Assembly: GCA_934725105.1 (NCBI GenBank)
Contig: CAKVBD010000007.1
Coordinates: 7,747-71,746, forward strand
Length of the DNA stretch: 64,000 nucleotides
Origin: an uncultured Bulleidia sp.
Lineage (GTDB): Bacteria; Bacillota_I; Bacilli_A; Erysipelotrichales; Erysipelotrichaceae
Reading direction: 5' to 3'
Within the stretch, counting starts at the first letter, position 1. Every line of letters starts with the position of its first letter. The position numbers and the translations under genes were made by a program. Below the pieces are notes generated by a model, which was given only the letters and a program-made list of their open reading frames with translations, had not been told where the DNA came from and searched no databases. Shown piece after piece: positions 62,666 to 64,000 of this stretch.

Positions 62666-63778
62666 TTAATTGCTGCTAGGAACGCCATGTTGAACTGGCA
62701 TATCCATTTTTCTTGCAAAGAAGTTCATGATTGCCTGCAGGCAGACTGTTAAGAACAGATAAACGATCGCAGTAATCATGTACGTTTCCAGGAATACATA
62801 ATATGTACCGGAAACCGTTGTTGTCATAAACATTAATTCTGTCATACCTACAACATTTAAGACAGAAGTATCCTTGATGTTGATGATAAATTCATTACAG
62901 ATTGCGGGAATACTGTTACGAATTGCCTGTGGAAAGATAACTTTCTTCATTGCCTGCCATGTGGATAATCCTAATGATCTTGCGGCTTCCATCTGCCCTT
63001 TATCAATAGCTTCTACAGAACCTCTTAGGATTTCTGTGATATAGGCAGCAGTATTCAGCGATACTGTAATTGAAGATGCGAGGAATACAGAATAGATTCC
63101 ATTCAGCTCGGATACTGTCATTGCTGGAAAGATTGCACGAATGAGTCGGAATCCAGCATAGTAGATAATTAATGCCTGTACCATCATAGGTGTTCCACGA
63201 ATGATCGTAACGTAGAAGGAAGAAAATGTATTTCCTAGAAGCTTGATCGATTGAATGAATTCAGAATCTCTTTTATCTGGCTTTGCAATTCTGCAGAATA
63301 CAAGCAGCATGGCGATAACAAATCCAATCACTGTACCTACAAATGCAAGTTCTAATGTGTGGAAAATACCTGTATAGAATGTTTTAAAATTCGTCCTTAG
63401 GATATACACCATTGTCGCAAAGAATGTTAATCCTTTTTGGCTTGGTGCCGCAAATGCTACGAGGATATCCGAAATTCCACCTAGAATAACACGATCAATG
63501 AAAGTAATCAGAAACAGTGAAAATGCAATACCATAACAGATCCATTCAAGCATGTTTCTTTCTTTGTTTTTCAATACGATATGCTTTACAAAGATAATGA
63601 CTGCGACAGCATAGCTAACAATCATACATGCCTTTGTAAGAATGAGTGGTACAAAGAATAGCAGGGATATGAGATTGATTTTACTTGTTAAATAGTTGGA
63701 AATTAGAATTCCTGAAAGAATGGAAGCAAAGATTGCTAAAGCCCATAAATGGTTTTTCCATGTAATTCTTTGAATCAT
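62666..63778 (-). CDS. amino acid ABC transporter permease (extended N-terminus)
   Basis: HisM/GlnP-like permease core with EAA region. 370 aa. Confidence 0.8.
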   Translation of the reverse strand: MIQRITWKNHLWALAIFASILSGILISNYLTSKINLISLLFFVPLILTKACMIVSYAVAVIIFVKHIVLKNKERNMLEWICYGIAFSLFLITFIDRVILGGISDILVAFAAPSQKGLTFFATMVYILRTNFKTFYTGIFHTLELAFVGTVIGFVIAMLLVFCRIAKPDKRDSEFIQSIKLLGNTFSSFYVTIIRGTPMMVQALIIYYAGFRLIRAIFPAMTVSELNGIYSVFLASSITVSLNTAAYITEILRGSVEAIDKGQMEAARSLGLSTWQAMKKVIFPQAIRNSIPAICNEFIINIKDTSVLNVVGMTELMFMTTTVSGTYYVFLETYMITAIVYLFLTVCLQAIMNFFARKMDMPVQHGVPSSN

Positions 63779-63786
63779 GTGAACCT

Positions 63787-64000
63787 CTACTTAGGCATAT
63801 TTGCCTTTGCTTCTTCCATGAGCTTTTCTCTTGTAGCTGTATCAATTTGAGCCAATGCATCATTCACATTCTTTAGTAATGTTGTATCTTCAAGTCTAAT
63901 ACCTACACAGGCACCAGTCATATCAATTGTGAATCCCTTTCCTTCATCGAATGTAAGAATCTTATAGTTATCATCTCCCTTGTACTTGCTTTCTGCAGTA
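63787..64000 (-). CDS. amino acid ABC transporter substrate-binding protein, C-terminal part (gene continues past window end)
   Basis: Reverse-strand translation ...FDEGKGFTIDMTGACVGIRLEDTTLLKNVNDALAQID...MPK* is a type 3 SBP C-terminus. Stop at 63787. Confidence 0.7.
   Translation of the reverse strand, partial: TAESKYKGDDNYKILTFDEGKGFTIDMTGACVGIRLEDTTLLKNVNDALAQIDTATREKLMEEAKANMPK

Overview
This 64-kb window comes from a low-GC Firmicutes-type chromosome (Clostridia or Erysipelotrichia-like) and combines two conserved core blocks with several decayed accessory loci.

Core blocks:
- A purine biosynthesis operon purE-purM-purN-purO-purH-purD-purL (12.8-21.9 kb), with a strong terminator/attenuator hairpin just before purE.
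- The rpsL-rpsG-fusA-tuf operon (25.7-30.0 kb).
- The S10-spc-alpha ribosomal cluster from rpsJ to rplQ (33.2-46.8 kb). It has no rpmD, infA or map. S14 is the zinc type. S12, L3, S3 and S5 carry extensions.

Flanking loci:
- ABC-2 exporter, asnA and a TrxB-like reductase (1-4.2 kb).
- Two MATE transporters, a cation:proton antiporter, a MocR-like regulator, and a P-type ATPase whose TM4 region reads FSCALKLSIP where CopA-type pumps have CPC (possibly an SCA-type P1B subgroup).
- A SWIM-SNF2 helicase, a UPF0237/UPF0210 pair, and an amino-acid ABC importer with an M20 amidohydrolase (59-64 kb).

Main findings:
1. A PTS EIIC gene is split into N-terminal (4252-4794) and C-terminal (7621-8010) fragments by a 2.8-kb insertion. 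The insertion carries a 3'-truncated IS30-family transposase and a compact three-gene cassette: a thioredoxin-fold CxxC lipoprotein, a signal-peptide protein with a 10-Cys C-terminal domain, and a 4-TM membrane protein. I read the cassette as a candidate novel disulfide-rich secreted toxin or bacteriocin with a dedicated oxidoreductase and an immunity-like protein.
2. A barnase-family lipoprotein RNase and a barstar-like inhibitor gene are separated by a decayed lacI-pfkB sugar-kinase locus.
3. An Abi_2 abortive-infection gene is frameshifted at an A7 tract, next to the SWIM-SNF2 helicase.
4. Several other genes carry single nonsense or frameshift lesions: the PTS gene (in-frame TAG), pfkB (TAG plus frameshift), and an XRE-Zn-ribbon regulator (TGG to TGA). 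This points to ongoing gene decay.
5. The purH function is split into an archaeal-type PurO IMP cyclohydrolase plus an AICARFT-only PurH.
6. Diverged copies of a GGCACRCT motif lie upstream of the rpsJ and rpsL promoters.

No rRNA, tRNA or CRISPR array was recognised.
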